Shown here: one piece after another, positions 55,638 to 64,000 of the stretch | Position numbering within the stretch: position 1 is the first letter of the stretch | How the letters are laid out: each line of letters opens with the position of its first letter | Assembly (NCBI GenBank): GCA_016179965.1 | Contig: JACPCF010000019.1 | Location: 561 to 64,560, forward strand | Direction: 5' to 3' | Length of the DNA: 64,000 nucleotides | Origin: Candidatus Rokuibacteriota bacterium | GTDB taxonomy: Bacteria > Methylomirabilota > Methylomirabilia > Rokubacteriales > CSP1-6 | Translations under genes and position numbers: made by a program | The notes under the pieces: generated by a model | Told to the model about the DNA's origin: nothing | What the model saw: only the letters and a program-made list of their open reading frames with translations | Database searches by the model: none

Positions 55638-56936
55638 CTAGCGACGCCGCGCCAAGATCGTGTTGATCCGGGCGTGGGCGTCAGCCAGGGCCTTGTCCGG
55701 GGGCTTGGCTTCGGTCAGCGCTTCCTGGACGGCCCCGGTGAAGGCGTCCATGATCTCCGGCCACTCCTTGATCTGGGGTTCCACCTTGCCGTAGGGGAGC
55801 TCGGCGGCGATCACCTTCGCGAACTTGTCGTTGAGGATCTCCGGAGCCACCCCGCTGACATCCTTCCGGGCGGAGGTGACCCGATTGTCCTGGAACCACT
55901 TCAACTCCATCTCCTTGGAGGAGATGAACTTCACGAGCTCCCAGGCCTCCTGGGGGTGCTTGGTGTTGGGGCTGATGATCCACGAGCTGAGCCAGATGGC
56001 GGTGGCGCGCTTTTTCTTGACTGGGAGCGGGTAGGCCCTGAGGACGTCAAAGGCCTTGAGGTCAGGGTTGAGCTTGTTTACGATCGGCGCCGTCCAGCCC
56101 GAGCCGATCTCGCAGGCGATCTTTTTGTGGGCAAGCTGGGTTCGCACGTCCTGGGGGTTTGCCGAGGTGGCCCCCGGAGGAACCACCTTGTGCTTGGTGG
56201 ACAACTCCACGAAGTAGGCGAAGGCCTCTCTGGCCTCGGGGGTGTCCAGCGCCGAGCGCTTCAGATCCGCCGTGAGGTAGTCCCCGCCGAAGGTCCAAAG
56301 GAACGGGCTGAACCGGAGGGAAAATCCCGGATCCTTGGCCCCCACCATCCCCAGGCCCCACTGCTGGCCGGGCGTCGTGGCCTTCTTGGCAAAGTCCAGA
56401 AAGCCTCCCCAGGTCGTCGGAAATCTCTCCACGTCTGTCCCCGCCTGCTTCAGCAGGTCGGTGTTGCACACCAGCACCATCGTCATGTAATCGCCGGGCA
56501 TCGCGTGGACCCGACCCCGGTGCTTGACCAGCTCCAGCGGCAACGGATACCACGCGTCCAGAAATCCCTTCCCCTCCTTTTCGATGAAGGAGGTGAGGTC
56601 CATGGCGTACCCCTTCTCGTAGAAAGAGGGCAGGGAAAACGCGTGGAGGTGCATCACGTCCGGGGCCCGGCCTGCCGCCGACTCGACCGTATATTTCGTC
56701 TCCTTCTCCCGGTAGGAGACCGGCTCCACCTGAACCTTGATGTTCGGATAGCGCTTCTCGAAGATCGCCATCCCCTCTGTCAGGGACTTGTTCCAGACGT
56801 CCTCGGTCAGGTGCCAGTCTGAAAAACGCAGGGTGACCCGTTCTTGCGCCCCGGCCGACATGGCGGCGATCAGCACGGTGACACAGATCATGGTCAGAAC
56901 CATTGGCCATAAAGAGTGACGACGTTGCATACACAC
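55638..56936 (-). CDS. extracellular solute-binding protein family 1 (sugar ABC transporter substrate-binding protein)
   Basis: signal peptide; family-1 SBP pattern. Confidence 0.75.
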   Translation of the reverse strand: MCMQRRHSLWPMVLTMICVTVLIAAMSAGAQERVTLRFSDWHLTEDVWNKSLTEGMAIFEKRYPNIKVQVEPVSYREKETKYTVESAAGRAPDVMHLHAFSLPSFYEKGYAMDLTSFIEKEGKGFLDAWYPLPLELVKHRGRVHAMPGDYMTMVLVCNTDLLKQAGTDVERFPTTWGGFLDFAKKATTPGQQWGLGMVGAKDPGFSLRFSPFLWTFGGDYLTADLKRSALDTPEAREAFAYFVELSTKHKVVPPGATSANPQDVRTQLAHKKIACEIGSGWTAPIVNKLNPDLKAFDVLRAYPLPVKKKRATAIWLSSWIISPNTKHPQEAWELVKFISSKEMELKWFQDNRVTSARKDVSGVAPEILNDKFAKVIAAELPYGKVEPQIKEWPEIMDAFTGAVQEALTEAKPPDKALADAHARINTILARRR

Positions 56937-57137
56937 CCTCCTTCAACCCCACCGAGGGGGCGCAGAGCACACAACATGCAACCTTTTCCGCACAACGTTA
57001 CTCCCGGTCGCGTCGGGGCGGTCCGCGTGGCGTCAGGAGAGCCATTTGCACGAATCTCACCGCTGGATCTCCGGATCCTCGGCGGCACAGGGGGCGGTGT
57101 CCCCCTGCGCGAAGCCCACGATGACAACCAAGCGCAT

Positions 57138-58088
57138 CTAAAGGTACACCTTCGGGCGGACGTCCGCCACGAAGCGCTCGAGGACCTCGAGCATCGCGGG
57201 GACCGTGGGGACCGAGAAGTCGAGGACGAAGTGCTGGACGCCGACGGCGGCGTACGCCCGGAGGTCCTCGATGATCTGGGCGGGGGATCCGGTCAGAGGC
57301 GTGCGCGTCCCGCCGGCAGCCTCCTCGAACCTGAGCGGAGCCTTGAACGAGATCGTAATGGTGGCGGGGTCGCGGCCGCCGGCGCTCGCCATGTCCCGGA
57401 GCTCGCGGACCTTGGCACCCAGCTCGGCCGGGTGGAGCGTGACCGGCGGTCGAAGGCCGAGCGGGTGCCAGCCGTCGCCAACTTCCACTACCCGCTGGAG
57501 TGCCGCCTCGCTGTGGCCGCCGATCCAGATCGGGATCCCGGACGGGCGGGCCGGGTGAGGGCGGACCCCGCCGGCCTCGGCAATCCGCACGAACCGCCCC
57601 TCGAAGGCCACCCGGGGCTTGGTCCAGATCTCCTTCATCACCTTGAGGTACTCGAGCGTCCGCGCCGCGCGATCCTCGAAGGGGATCCCGACGGCCGCGA
57701 ACTCCTCACGCCACCAGCCGACTCCCGCCCCTAGGATGACGCGCCCTCCGGACAGGTAATCCGCTGTCGCCAGAGCCTTGGCCGTGAAGATCGGGTTGCG
57801 ATAGGGGATAACCAGGACGCTGGTCCCCACGCTGATCCGCTCCGTGATGGTGGCGAGGTACGTGATGGCCGTCAGCGGCTCGAGCCAGGGCTCGTCGGGT
57901 CCCAGCGGGAAGGTCCCGGTGGGCGAGTAGGGGTAGGCCGAGCGGCTCTGGACGGGGATCAGCATCCGATCCGTCACCCAGATGGAGTCGTAGCCGAGCG
58001 CCTCGGCCCGTCTGGCGAGCGAGGTGATGGCCTCCCGCCCCGCGAGCACGCCGCGCCCCTGGAGGGAAAACCCGAAGCGAACCGTCAT
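57138..58088 (-). CDS. LLM-class F420/flavin-dependent oxidoreductase
   Basis: start MTVRFG; luciferase-like TIM barrel. Confidence 0.75.
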   Translation of the reverse strand: MTVRFGFSLQGRGVLAGREAITSLARRAEALGYDSIWVTDRMLIPVQSRSAYPYSPTGTFPLGPDEPWLEPLTAITYLATITERISVGTSVLVIPYRNPIFTAKALATADYLSGGRVILGAGVGWWREEFAAVGIPFEDRAARTLEYLKVMKEIWTKPRVAFEGRFVRIAEAGGVRPHPARPSGIPIWIGGHSEAALQRVVEVGDGWHPLGLRPPVTLHPAELGAKVRELRDMASAGGRDPATITISFKAPLRFEEAAGGTRTPLTGSPAQIIEDLRAYAAVGVQHFVLDFSVPTVPAMLEVLERFVADVRPKVYL

Positions 58089-58924
58089 CCCTTGAGCCCT
58101 CCGCTCCCCCATCCCGCCACCAGATGCCGCTGGACCGCCATGAAGAACGCCAGGGCCGGGATCGTGATCAGCACGCCGGCGGCCATGATCAGCCCCCAGT
58201 CAATCAGGGCCGAATGGAAGAGATCCTGGACGCCGACGGGTAGCGTCTTGAGCTCGTCGGACGAGATCAGGATCCGGGTGAAGATGTAATCGTTCCAGGC
58301 CAGGATGAAGGTGAAGATCGAGGTGGCGATGATCCCGGGCAGGGCCAGGGGCAGAACCACATAGACGACGGCCCGGAACCTGCCCGCCCCATCCACCAGG
58401 GCCGCCTGCTCGAGCTCGATGGGGATCGTCTCGAAGAATGCCCGCAGCAGCCACAGGGTGAAGGGCAGGCAGAAGGACGCGAAGGCTAGGACCAGGGCCA
58501 GGTGGGTGTTCTCGATCCCGACCTTCTTCACCAGGATGAAGAACGGGATGACGATCATGATGGGGGCGAACATGTAGGTGCAGAGGATCAGCCCGGCGAT
58601 CTGCTCCCGTCCAGGATAGCGGTAGCGGGTGAGGCTGTATGCCCCCACGGCGCCCGCCACCATGGTCAGCACGACCGCCAGCCCCGCCACCGTCAGGCTG
58701 TTCCGAAAATAGACCAGGAAGTTGGTCGAGGTAAACAGCCGCCAGAAGTTCTCCCACGTCGGCGCCTTGGGAACGAAGTACGGCGGCTGGGCGAAGACCT
58801 CCACGGGCGGCTTCATGGAGGTGGACGCCATCCAGAGAAAGGGGAACGCCGACTGGAAGACCAGCACGGCCGCCCCGACGTAGAGGAGCCCGCGCGCCGC
58901 CGCCCTCCGCGCCCGCGGCCTCAT
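58085..58924 (-). CDS. carbohydrate ABC transporter permease
   Basis: 279 aa; ATGA overlap with the upstream permease. Confidence 0.8.
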   Translation of the reverse strand: MRPRARRAAARGLLYVGAAVLVFQSAFPFLWMASTSMKPPVEVFAQPPYFVPKAPTWENFWRLFTSTNFLVYFRNSLTVAGLAVVLTMVAGAVGAYSLTRYRYPGREQIAGLILCTYMFAPIMIVIPFFILVKKVGIENTHLALVLAFASFCLPFTLWLLRAFFETIPIELEQAALVDGAGRFRAVVYVVLPLALPGIIATSIFTFILAWNDYIFTRILISSDELKTLPVGVQDLFHSALIDWGLIMAAGVLITIPALAFFMAVQRHLVAGWGSGGLKG

Positions 58925-59808
58925 CCGATCTCCACCTCCCTCCGGAAGAGCCGGAAGTACACGACCGTGGAGACCATCAGGATCCCGAACATGACCACGG
59001 CGAGAGCGGCCCCGAGCCCCGCCTGGTAGTAGGTCAGGGTTCGCATGTAGGCGTAGACGGGCAACGTCCGGATGAAGCGTCCGGCTCCCGCCCCCTCCCC
59101 CATCAGCCACACCGTGTCGAACTTGGTGAACATCCAGATGCTGCGGAGCAGGATCACCACGAACAGGATTCCCCGGATGTGCGGCAGGGTGATGTGGAGG
59201 AAGCGCCGGGCGGCGGAGGCCCCATCCACCTTCGCCGCCTCGTACAGCTCCTCGGGGATCGTCTGGAGCCGCGCCAGGACCGCCAGGAGCACGAACGGGA
59301 AGAACTGCCAGACGCTGACGATGATCAGGGAGAGCATGATGTGATCCGCGCCCAGCCAGCTGATCGGATCCCGGATGATCCCGATCCCCATCAGGACGGC
59401 GTTCAGGACCCCATAGGTGTCGTTGAGCAGCCACTTCCAGAGAATGACGGCGACGATCGTCGGGATCATGTAGGGGAAGAGGACGATGCCGCGGGCGAGA
59501 CCCCGGCCCGCGAACGACTCGTGGAGAATGAGGGCAGCGGCCACGCCCAGCAGGATCTGGAGGGTGATGGTCCAGAACGAATAGACCACGCCATACCAGA
59601 GGCTAGTCCAGAACTCGGCGTCGCTCCAGAGGTAGATGTAGTTGTCGAGGCCGACGAACCGCTGCTCGGGGAAGAAGGAGTGCTTCTCGAGGAGGCTGAG
59701 CCAGATGGAGTAGCCGACGGGATAGATGGTCAGCGCCAGGATGAGAAGGAGGCCGGGCGCGATGGTCAGGAAGCCGATCGCGTGCTGCGCGAGCGGCGGT
59801 CGCCTCAC
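58921..59808 (-). CDS. carbohydrate ABC transporter permease
   Basis: 295 aa membrane protein. Confidence 0.8.
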   Translation of the reverse strand: MRRPPLAQHAIGFLTIAPGLLLILALTIYPVGYSIWLSLLEKHSFFPEQRFVGLDNYIYLWSDAEFWTSLWYGVVYSFWTITLQILLGVAAALILHESFAGRGLARGIVLFPYMIPTIVAVILWKWLLNDTYGVLNAVLMGIGIIRDPISWLGADHIMLSLIIVSVWQFFPFVLLAVLARLQTIPEELYEAAKVDGASAARRFLHITLPHIRGILFVVILLRSIWMFTKFDTVWLMGEGAGAGRFIRTLPVYAYMRTLTYYQAGLGAALAVVMFGILMVSTVVYFRLFRREVEIG

Positions 59809-59830
59809 GCCCGGCCCCGAGGAGTCGCGG

Positions 59831-61174
59831 CTACCAGCGCTTGTGCCCCAGCTTGGTGATCAGCTCCTCGGCCCGCCCCTGGCCCCTGGCGGCCGCCTGC
59901 GGCGACGGCATCCCCCGCACGGCGTCGGTCACCATGTCGGGGATGATCCCCGATCCGAGGATCTCGAGCCCGAAGGGGAGCCGCAGATCGGACCACTCGA
60001 TAATAAGGGTCGGCTTGGCCTGATCCGCCTCGAAGTAGCGGTACTGCATGTCCTGCCACTCCTTCCAGCGCCGGATCATGTCGTTGGCCTGGTAGGCGGG
60101 ATTCCGCCGCACCGACTTGAGGCTCGGCAGGAGGTGGATCGGCACCGAGTGCAGGTACTTGATGTAGTGCTCCTCTTTGTAGAAGAACTTCAGGAACTCG
60201 GCCGCCTCGTTCGGGTACTTGGCGTTCTTGAAGACCATCCACGGCTCGGCGTCGATCTGGGCCGCGGTGGTCTTGCCCGATGGCCCGATGGGCCTGACCA
60301 GCACGCCGAAGTGCTCCGAGTTGGCCATCTCCTTTGGGGCGTGGCGCTCGATGAGACCAGCGCCCCGGCCGTAGCCCTGGTAGATCATGGCGGCTTTGCC
60401 CGTGGCGACGTTGACGAAGGTGTCCAGGTAGCCGTGGCCGAGCCAGCCGGGAGGCAGGACTGTGGCGTTGAGCTTCTTGTAGAAATCCAGCACCTCGATG
60501 ACCTGCTTCTCGGTGAACGTGGGCCGGCCTGTCTTGGAATCGAAGAGCCGCCCGCCGTTGGCCTTGGTCAGCTCGCCCACCATGATGTTGATGAAGAGGC
60601 CGACCCCCGGCAGCGACAGGCCGTAGCGGGTGACCCGCCCATCCTTGTCGCGCTCCATCATGGCCTCGGCCACCTTGATCAGGTCATCCCACGTTTCGGG
60701 GGGCTTCAATCCCTTCTGCTTGAAGATGTCTTTGCGGTAGATGAGGAGCGAGGTCGCCGCCGAGTGGGGAATCCCGTAGTACTTGCCCTCGAAGCGGCAC
60801 GGGCCTCGGATCGCCTCCCAGATGTTCTCCTTGCCGACGGCCTCCGCCACATCCTCCATCGGCCTGAGGAGCCCCTTGGCGTAGAACGAGGCGCACGTCA
60901 CCGCCTGGCCGTGGCTGGCGTCCGGCGGCGCCCCCGCCGCCAGGGCGGCGATCAGCTTGGCCTCCAGATCCCCCCAGGCCAGAGCCTCCTGCTTCACCGT
61001 GATGTCCGGCCGGAGCTTCTCGAACTCGTCGATGATCCCCTGGAAGGCCTTGACCGACTGGGGCTCGGTCTCCGTGTGCCAGATGCGCACGACCTTCTTC
61101 TCCTGGGCCCAGGCCGGGAGCGCCAGCACCAGAAGGACAACCGGGATCAAGACCCATCCTCTCCGTCGCATCAT
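59831..61174 (-). CDS. extracellular solute-binding protein family 1 (sugar ABC transporter substrate-binding protein)
   Basis: start MMRRRGW; signal peptide. Confidence 0.75.
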   Translation of the reverse strand: MMRRRGWVLIPVVLLVLALPAWAQEKKVVRIWHTETEPQSVKAFQGIIDEFEKLRPDITVKQEALAWGDLEAKLIAALAAGAPPDASHGQAVTCASFYAKGLLRPMEDVAEAVGKENIWEAIRGPCRFEGKYYGIPHSAATSLLIYRKDIFKQKGLKPPETWDDLIKVAEAMMERDKDGRVTRYGLSLPGVGLFINIMVGELTKANGGRLFDSKTGRPTFTEKQVIEVLDFYKKLNATVLPPGWLGHGYLDTFVNVATGKAAMIYQGYGRGAGLIERHAPKEMANSEHFGVLVRPIGPSGKTTAAQIDAEPWMVFKNAKYPNEAAEFLKFFYKEEHYIKYLHSVPIHLLPSLKSVRRNPAYQANDMIRRWKEWQDMQYRYFEADQAKPTLIIEWSDLRLPFGLEILGSGIIPDMVTDAVRGMPSPQAAARGQGRAEELITKLGHKRW

Positions 61175-61294
61175 CGCTCCTCCCTCCTCGTCCGCGGGGC
61201 GGTCGTGGAGCCCCGCGGGATAGACTGGCCATCCCGCCCGGGATGGCCGATGAACGGTGATCTGCGCGAGGACACGTTGCCGCCGCATTTCCCG

Positions 61295-62077
61295 TCACGG
61301 GTCCGAAGGGCCCGAATAGCCCAGCCGCCGTGAGATCTCCAGGCCCGCCGCCCGGACCCGCGCCGCCATCCGATGGAGCGCCGCGGACGGGAGGCGTTGG
61401 CTCGGCCCGGAGACGCTGACCCCGGCCACCACCGCACCCCGCCGGTCCCGGACCGGCGCGGCGACGCACCGGAGCCCGAGGCTGCACTCCTCGTCGTCCA
61501 GGGCGTACCCGCGCGTCGCCGCCTCGCGCAGCGCCCGCCGGAGCGGTGCCCGCTGCGTGAGCGTGCGCGGCGTCAGGCGGGTCAGCCGGGTGGCCCGGAG
61601 CCAGCGATCGAGGTCGTTCGGGTCCAGGCCGGCCAGGAGAACTTTCCCCAGGGCGGTGGCGTGAGCGGGCACGCCCCGACCGAGGTCCAGGTGTAACCGC
61701 AAGAGGTGCGGGCCCTCGACCTTGTGGATGTTCACCACTCGATCCTCCTCCAGCACGCCCAGGTTCGCGGTCTCCCCGGTCTCGGCCGAGAGCCGGTCCA
61801 TGACCGGCCCGGCCAGATCCTTCAGCCCGTAACGCTCCGTCGCGGTGCTCCCGACGACGAAGAGCTTGTACGTGAGCCGATACCGCTCGGTCTGGGGGTT
61901 CTTCTCGACGTACCCCTGCCCCGCGAGCGTGGCGAGCAAGCGGTGGACGGAACTCTTGCCCATCCCCAGCTTTCTGGCCAGCTCCGTCACGCCGAGTTCC
62001 TGGGCGGAGGCCAGCGTCTCCAGGACGGCGAGGGCGTGTTCAACCGCCGGCGAGGTGTACTGGCCATGCGAGGGCAT
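61295..62077 (-). CDS. IclR family transcriptional regulator
   Basis: N-terminal wHTH (VTELARKLGMGKSSVHRLL) plus IclR effector domain. Confidence 0.85.
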   Translation of the reverse strand: MPSHGQYTSPAVEHALAVLETLASAQELGVTELARKLGMGKSSVHRLLATLAGQGYVEKNPQTERYRLTYKLFVVGSTATERYGLKDLAGPVMDRLSAETGETANLGVLEEDRVVNIHKVEGPHLLRLHLDLGRGVPAHATALGKVLLAGLDPNDLDRWLRATRLTRLTPRTLTQRAPLRRALREAATRGYALDDEECSLGLRCVAAPVRDRRGAVVAGVSVSGPSQRLPSAALHRMAARVRAAGLEISRRLGYSGPSDP

Positions 62078-62198
62078 TGTTCTTATATTGTGAACGACGT
62101 TTAATATAGGAGACCGGCGACGATCCTGTCAAGGCCCTCCCCGGGCTTGCCCTCCCCAATTTCGGCTCCGAGCCTTGAGGTCGACCGGAGGGTGGCGA

Positions 62199-62771
62199 TT
62201 AGGGGGATTCAGGTGGCGGCGAGGTTTTGGCGGTGGGAGAGCGGCAGGCGGATTCTTGGCCGGTGGGGCGCGAGGGCAGAGTCCGAGTCGTAGGCATCCT
62301 TCTCAGCGTAGCGCTCCGCGATCGCGATCCCCTTGAGGGCCAGGCTGGCCAGGAGGTCGGCAACCTTGAGGCGTACTCGCGTCTGGGCTCCGTCTGGAAG
62401 CCGGGCCTCCAGTCCACCCGGATCAGATAGTCCTGGCCATCCCGGGGAGAGCGGATGACCTTCTCAAACTGAAAGAGAGGATCCGGGCCGCGTTGGTACC
62501 CGCGATCCAGGAGCAGGTTCACGATGGTGGCGTACCGTTCCGCGTCCACGAGATCCGGATCCACCACGAGGTCGATGTCGATCGAACCCACGTGGACGAA
62601 TTCTCGCCCAGGTGCGCCGAACTGCTCCAGGATGAGATACGGCGCCCAGCCACCAATGAGGACAAGCGCATCCCGGTAGGCGCCGAGCGTGGTCATGACC
62701 TCGGCCAGGCCCGACCGGGAGGCCGCCGTGATCCCGTCCTGGTAGTCCCTGGCCGTCCGCGGCTTTCGCAT
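62199..62771 (-). CDS. nucleotidyltransferase (AbiEii-like, GSIDID polymerase-beta motif); C-terminus probably frameshifted or truncated
   Basis: GS-x-D-x-D motif; last ~55 residues are low-complexity, out-of-frame-looking sequence. Confidence 0.5.
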   Translation of the reverse strand: MRKPRTARDYQDGITAASRSGLAEVMTTLGAYRDALVLIGGWAPYLILEQFGAPGREFVHVGSIDIDLVVDPDLVDAERYATIVNLLLDRGYQRGPDPLFQFEKVIRSPRDGQDYLIRVDWRPGFQTEPRREYASRLPTSWPAWPSRGSRSRSATLRRMPTTRTLPSRPTGQESACRSPTAKTSPPPESP

Positions 62772-62778
62772 CCGGCGC

Positions 62779-63813
62779 TCAGTACCCCAGCTTCTCGCGG
62801 CGGAGAACCTCCGCCTGCTCGCGACCTCGAGCGGGGTAGTTGATCAGGTCGAGGAAGAGCTGGGTGTTGCAAACGACGCGAACCCCTCTGATGGTCTGGA
62901 CCCGGTAGAAGACCCCCTCGTCGTAGGGCTCGAGAAGGTGGACCGTCCCCCCGGATTCCACGGGTCGGAGGTCGAGGGCCTTCACGAGCCGCTCGCGATC
63001 GCCCACAAAATAGGCGTGCACGTCCGGCGAGCGGACGAAGGGCGCCACGAAAGCCGCTCCGCTGTGGAGGGTGAAACCCACCGCCTCTTTGTGGGCCACC
63101 GCGTGGGCGGTGAGCTTAGCCGCCAGCTGGGCAGAATTCCGGACGAACGTGTAGAACGTGTGCTGCCGCTGCCGTTCGAGACTGTAGTTCTGCGCCCAGA
63201 GATCGAGGAGCTCTCCGGGCTTCTGGAGCTTGATGGCTCCCCGGCGCTTCTCGACGAAGGCCTTCTCCTCGAGCGCGTTGACGACCAAGTGGGCGGTGCG
63301 GAGGCTGATGTCCGACTCCTCCGCCAGCCGGGCCAGGGTCCACTCCGCTTTCGGTTGCTCGAGGAGCACCCGCAGGATCCGCGAGGACTTGGGGGCGAAG
63401 AGCCGCCTGAGCCGTGCCTTTGCCCGAGCGGGAGGCTCGGCGCTCAGCCGGTCTACCAGGATCCCGTCGAAGCGGAGGAAGACGTTCCCGGTGAGGTCGA
63501 GGTAGCCGACCCCGGCCTCGCGGCAGAGGCGCCGCCCTTCCGGGGAGATGTAGGGGGCGATGATGACGGGGTAGAGGCGAGGGTCTTTCCGGGCCGCCAG
63601 TGTGAGGGAGGTGATGGCCTGGGCCAGGTAGCGCGGCTCGCCGACGGCCTTGACCTCGCAGACGAGGCGCCATGTCTTCCCGGCCGAGCGGACCTTCAGG
63701 ACGAGGTCCCAGGGGGTGTCCCGGGAAGGGCGCTCCACGGCCACCTGGAGCGTCGGCAGGAGCTCCGGGAGCCGCCTCCGCAGGCTGGCGAGGACCTCTT
63801 TCTCGGTCGGCAT
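62779..63813 (-). CDS. AbiEi-like wHTH regulator/antitoxin candidate with N-terminal PD-(D/E)xK-like region
   Basis: proposed start MPTEKEV (AGGT ribosome-binding site); D..(20 aa)..CEVK nuclease-like motif; central wHTH; conserved C-terminal domain. Confidence 0.45.
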   Translation of the reverse strand: MPTEKEVLASLRRRLPELLPTLQVAVERPSRDTPWDLVLKVRSAGKTWRLVCEVKAVGEPRYLAQAITSLTLAARKDPRLYPVIIAPYISPEGRRLCREAGVGYLDLTGNVFLRFDGILVDRLSAEPPARAKARLRRLFAPKSSRILRVLLEQPKAEWTLARLAEESDISLRTAHLVVNALEEKAFVEKRRGAIKLQKPGELLDLWAQNYSLERQRQHTFYTFVRNSAQLAAKLTAHAVAHKEAVGFTLHSGAAFVAPFVRSPDVHAYFVGDRERLVKALDLRPVESGGTVHLLEPYDEGVFYRVQTIRGVRVVCNTQLFLDLINYPARGREQAEVLRREKLGY

Positions 63814-63832
63814 ATTTTTACCTAAAAGCCAA

Positions 63833-63852
63833 TTTTTACCGTACGGGTAAAA
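63833..63852. promoter_or_regulatory. imperfect inverted repeat TTTTACC-GTAC-GGGTAAAA just downstream of TTGACA-N18-TATTTT promoter hexamers (autoregulatory operator candidate)
   Basis: read on the minus strand, upstream of the AbiEi-like gene. Confidence 0.4.
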
Positions 63853-64000
63853 TACGCCATCCGGTATAAGTGTGTCAATTTTTCGACTCGGGAGGCGGGC
63901 CACCTGGCCCCAGGGTAAGAACCGGCCGGGGACGATGGGATTGGCCGCCCCCGGAAGGAATGAACTGGTCACCGCCGACGAAACTTGATAATTTCCTCCG

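Noticed and set aside
1-64000. CRISPR arrays, rRNA genes
   Set aside because: No regularly spaced short direct repeats with unique spacers, and no rRNA-like conserved stretches; the repeats present are the intergenic hairpin families described in the findings.

Overview
High-GC (~68%) bacterial chromosomal segment; gene families (F420-type luciferase-like oxidoreductases, coproporphyrin-type haem genes) suggest a soil or groundwater lineage such as Rokubacteria, Actinobacteria or Deltaproteobacteria. All gene calls rest on six-frame translation and family recognition by eye; no searches were run.

Main blocks:
- 11593 down to 1076, minus strand, one co-directional array: haem genes hemE-hemH-hemY, then a single 962-aa ORF fusing ATP sulfurylase to a sirohaem ferredoxin-type sulfite reductase, then sirohaem synthesis (SirC-like, CobA), four DsrE/DsrF-family sulfur-relay proteins and one TusA-like protein, and a TenA/PqqC-like protein.
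- One DsrE-like gene has an in-frame TGA at 3035-3037 followed by 42 more conserved codons and, 11 nt downstream, a perfect 9-bp hairpin. I read this as a candidate selenocysteine gene with a bacterial-type SECIS element.
- 11652-24696, plus strand: an acyl-CoA catabolic cluster (TPP enzyme, SDR, F420-type LLM, CaiB CoA-transferase, enoyl-CoA hydratase, acyl-CoA dehydrogenase, HMG-CoA lyase, DcyD-like PLP enzyme, O-methyltransferase, lipoprotein hydrolase, class-V aminotransferase).
- 25727-30650: a STAS-GNAT fusion beside an orphan 7TM-GAF histidine kinase, then a secreted DUF4124/DUF1266 protein with a candidate sigma-54 promoter.
- 30795-37660: a peptide ABC system without ATPases, an M20 peptidase, and small envelope proteins.
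- 37726-42072: tRNA-Asp flanked by an intact tyrosine integrase and excisionase with phased direct repeats, followed by a decayed patch (integrase fragment, two tRNA 3'-end fragments, truncated genes).
- 42437-62077: a LacI regulator with a perfect 14-bp operator palindrome upstream of a Liv-type ABC transporter, an Fe-ADH, a TauT-like ABC transporter, two ATPase-less sugar ABC systems around an LLM oxidoreductase, and an IclR regulator.
- 62199-63900: an AbiEi/AbiEii-like two-gene module with its own promoter and operator dyad.

Two new intergenic repeat families run through the window. Family 1 has five copies, all in the same orientation, always at 3' gene ends; two copies end in CTCCGAGG placed to act as the ribosome-binding site of the next gene, and two are read through as the C-terminal codons of hemE and the M20 peptidase. 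Family 2 has three copies built on the palindrome CCTCTCCCCC-TCG-GGGGGAGAGG. No CRISPR array or rRNA was seen.
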